Source of the DNA: Lytechinus pictus | Lineage: Eukaryota | Length of the DNA stretch: 64,000 bases | Direction of reading: 5' to 3' | NCBI RefSeq assembly: GCF_037042905.1 | Contig: NC_087251.1 | Coordinates: forward strand, 36,148,001 to 36,212,000 | Part shown: positions 61,082-64,000 of the stretch, one piece after another | How positions within the stretch are numbered: position 1 is the first letter of the stretch | Layout: the number at the start of each line of letters is the position of its first letter | Notes under the pieces: model-generated | What the model was told of the DNA's origin: nothing | The model's database searches: none | Seen by the model: the letters and a program-made list of their open reading frames with translations, nothing else | Program-made: the position numbers and the translations under genes

Positions 61082-64000
61082 CGAAACCCGAAACCCCCCC
61101 AAATCAGCCATCTTCGCTCCCTGGGATGTTTTAGCATCCTAACCGATTATTACAGCGAGAATCAAGAGAATCAAGAGGATCCAAGGAGTTTGAATTATCG
61201 ACATGGAAAATTGGGCAAAATTGGCAAAAATTGAGCAAAATAATATTTGTTCAATATTTCCCCCGAAACCCCCCCAAATCAGCCGTCTTCGCTCCCTGGG
61301 ATGTTTTAGCATCCTAACCGATTACTACAGCGAGAATCATGAGGATCCAGGGAATTTGAATTTTCGACCCCCTCGCCCCACCCGCGACATGGAAAATTGA
61401 GCAAAATAATATTTGTCCAGTATTTCCCCCGAAACCCCGCCAAATCAGCCATCTTCGCTCCCTGGAATGTTTTAGCATCCTAACCGATTATTACAGCGAG
61501 AATCAAGAGGATCCAGGGAGTTTGAATTTTCGACCCCCTCGCCCCACCCGCGACATGGAAAATTGGGCAAAATTGGCCAAAATTGAGCAAAATAATATTT
61601 GTCCAATATTTCCCCCGAAACCCCCCCAAATCAGCAGTCTTCGCTCCCTGTAATGTTTTAGCATCCTAACCGATTATTACAGCGAGAATCAAGAGGATCC
61701 AAGGAATTTGAATTTTCGACCCCCTCGCCCCACCCGCGACATGGAAAATTGGGCAAAATTGGTCAAATCGAGCAAAATAATATTTGTTCAATATTTCCCC
61801 CGAAACCCCCCCAAATCAGCCGTCTTCGCTCCCTGGAATGTTTTAGCATCCTAACCGATTATTACAGCGAGAATCAAGAGGATCCAGGGAATTTGAATTT
61901 TCGACCCCCTTGCCCCACCCGCGACATGGAAAATTGGGCAAAATTGGTCAAATCGAGCAAAATAATATTTGTTCAATATTTCCCCCGAAACCCCCCCAAA
62001 TCAGCCGTCTTCGCTCCTTGGGATGTTTTAGCATCCTAACCGATTATTACAGCGAGAATCAAGAGGATCCAGGGAGTTTGAATTTTCGACCCCCTCGCCC
62101 CACCCGCGACATGGAAAATTGAGCAAAATTGGCCAAAATTGAGCAAAATAATATTTGTTCAGTATTTCCCCCAAAACCCCGCCAAATCAGCCGTCTTCGC
62201 TCCCTCGAATGTTTTAGCATCCTAACCGATTATTACAGCGAGAATCAAGAGGATCCAGGGAGTTTGAATTTTTGACCAATTCGCCCCACCCGCGACATGG
62301 AAAATTGGGCAAAATTGGCCAAAATTGAGCAAAATAATATTTGTTCAATATTTCCCCCAAAACCCCCCCAAATCAGCCGTCTTCGCTCCCTGGAATGTTT
62401 TAGCATCCTAACCGATTATTACAGCGAGAATCAAGAGAATCAAGAGGATCCAAGGAGTTTGAATTATCGACCCCCTCGCCACATGGAAAATTGGGCAAAA
62501 TTGGCCAAAATTGAGCAAAATAATATTAGTTCAATATTTCCCCCGAAACCCCCCCAAATCAGCCGTCTTCGCTCCCTGGGATGTTTTAGCATCCTAACCG
62601 ATTACTACAGCGAGAATCATGAGGATCCAGGGAATTTGAATTTTCGACCCCCTCGCCCCACCCGCGACATGGAAAATTGAGCAAAATAATATTTGTCCAG
62701 TATTTCCCCCGAAACCCCCCCAAATCAGCCATCTTCGCTCCCTGGAATGTTTTAGCATCCTAACCGATTATTACAGCGAGAATCAAGAGGATCCAGGGAG
62801 TTTGAATTTTCGACCACATTGCCCCACCCGCGACATGGAAAATTTGGCAAAATTGGCTAAAATTGAGAAAAATAATAATTGTTCAATATTTCCCCCGAAA
62901 CCCCCCTAAATCAGCCGTCTTCGCTCCCTGGGATGTTTTAGCATCCTAACCGATTATTACAGCGAGAATCAAGAGGATCCAGGGAGTTTGAATTTTCGAC
63001 CACATTGCCCCACCCGCGACATGGAAAATTGGGCAAAATTGGCTAAAATTGAGCAAAATAATAATTGTTCAATATTTCCCCCGAAACCCCCCCAAATCAG
63101 CCGTCTTCGCTCCCTGGGATGTTTTAGCATCCTAACCGATTATTACAGCGAGAATCAAGAGAATCAAGAGGATCCAGGGAGTTTGAATTTTCGACCCCCT
63201 CGCCCCACCAGCGACATGGAAGATTGGGCAAAATTGGCCAAAATTGAGCAAAATAATATTTGTTCAATATTTCCCCCGAAACCCCCCCAAATCAGCCGTC
63301 TTCGCTCCCTGGAATGTTTTAGCATCCTAACCGATTATTACAGCGAGAATCAAGAGGATCCAGGGAGTTTGAATTTTCGACCACATTGCCCCACCCGCGA
63401 CATGGAAAATTTGGCAAAATTTGCTAAAATTGAGCAAAATAATAATTGTTCAATATTTCCCCCGAAACCCCCCCAAATCAGCCGTCTTCGCTCCCTGGAA
63501 TGTTTTAGCATCCTAACCGATTATTACAGCGAGAATCAAGAGGATCCAGGGAGTTTGAATTTTCGACCACATTGCCCCACCCGTGACATGGAAAATTGGG
63601 CAAAATTGGCTAAAATTGAGCAAAATAATAATTGTTCAATATTTCCCCCGAAACCCCCCCAAATCAGCCGTCTTCACTCCCTGGGATGTTTTAGCATCCT
63701 AACCGATTATTACAGCGAGAATCAAGAGGATCCAGGGAGTTTGAATTTTCGACCACATTGCCCCACCCGCGACATGGAAAATTGGGCAAAATTGGCTAAA
63801 ATTGAGCAAAATAATAATTGTTCAATATTTCCCCCGAAACCCCCCCAAATCAGCCGTCTTCGCTCCCTGGGATGTTTTAGCATCTTAACCGATTATTACA
63901 GCGAGAATCAAGAGAATCAAGAGGATCCAGGGAGTTTGAATTTTCGACCACATTGCCCCACCCGCGACATGGAAAATTGGGCAAAATTTGCTAAAATTGA
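61082..64000. repeat. Satellite DNA, ~186-bp monomer, ~16 copies, running off the window
   Basis: Near-identical units CCCGAAACCCCCCCAAATCAGCCGTCTTCGCTCCC...GGATCC...CGACATGGAAAATTGGGCAAAATTGG...; one BamHI site per unit. Confidence 0.98.

Noticed and set aside
59752..61137. Intact 461-aa RT gene as given in the ORF track
   Set aside because: The N-terminus comes from the satellite and the C-terminus is out of frame; the true ORF is 5'-truncated, frameshifted and has a premature stop.
61082..64000. Possible CRISPR array or repetitive ORFs
   Set aside because: Whole monomers repeat with no unique spacers, there are no cas genes, and the context is eukaryotic.

Overview
AT-rich animal genomic DNA with spliceosomal introns. 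The repeat repertoire (DeuSINE, Nin-type SINE, Helentron-type non-autonomous elements, TTAA MITEs) suggests a marine invertebrate, probably an echinoderm; this is an inference. The only clearly intact host gene is the 3' half of SRBD1 (Tex/S1-domain protein) on the minus strand: 10 phase-compatible GT-AG exons from 58449 down to the stop at 37756. Its 10.7-kb intron holds an RTEX-like LINE split by a ~7.7-kb decayed DDE transposon. That transposase has a CxxH/hAT-like core and ends in two Spindlin (Spin/Ssty)-like Tudor repeats; the transposon in turn contains a Helentron-type element. Upstream of the first visible SRBD1 exon lies a 5'-truncated Penelope-like retroelement (RT + GIY-YIG) whose terminal repeat has an octamer/TATA promoter and a minimal hammerhead ribozyme. 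It abuts a ~186-bp satellite running to the window end. The left half has one open exon and three decayed tandem exon copies of an unidentified plus-strand gene, many MITEs/SINEs/LINE remnants, a TSD-supported nested transposon cluster (23.3-29.9 kb), and an orphan E2F/CHR promoter with a first-exon-like segment. Most short ORFs in the track are repeat artefacts.
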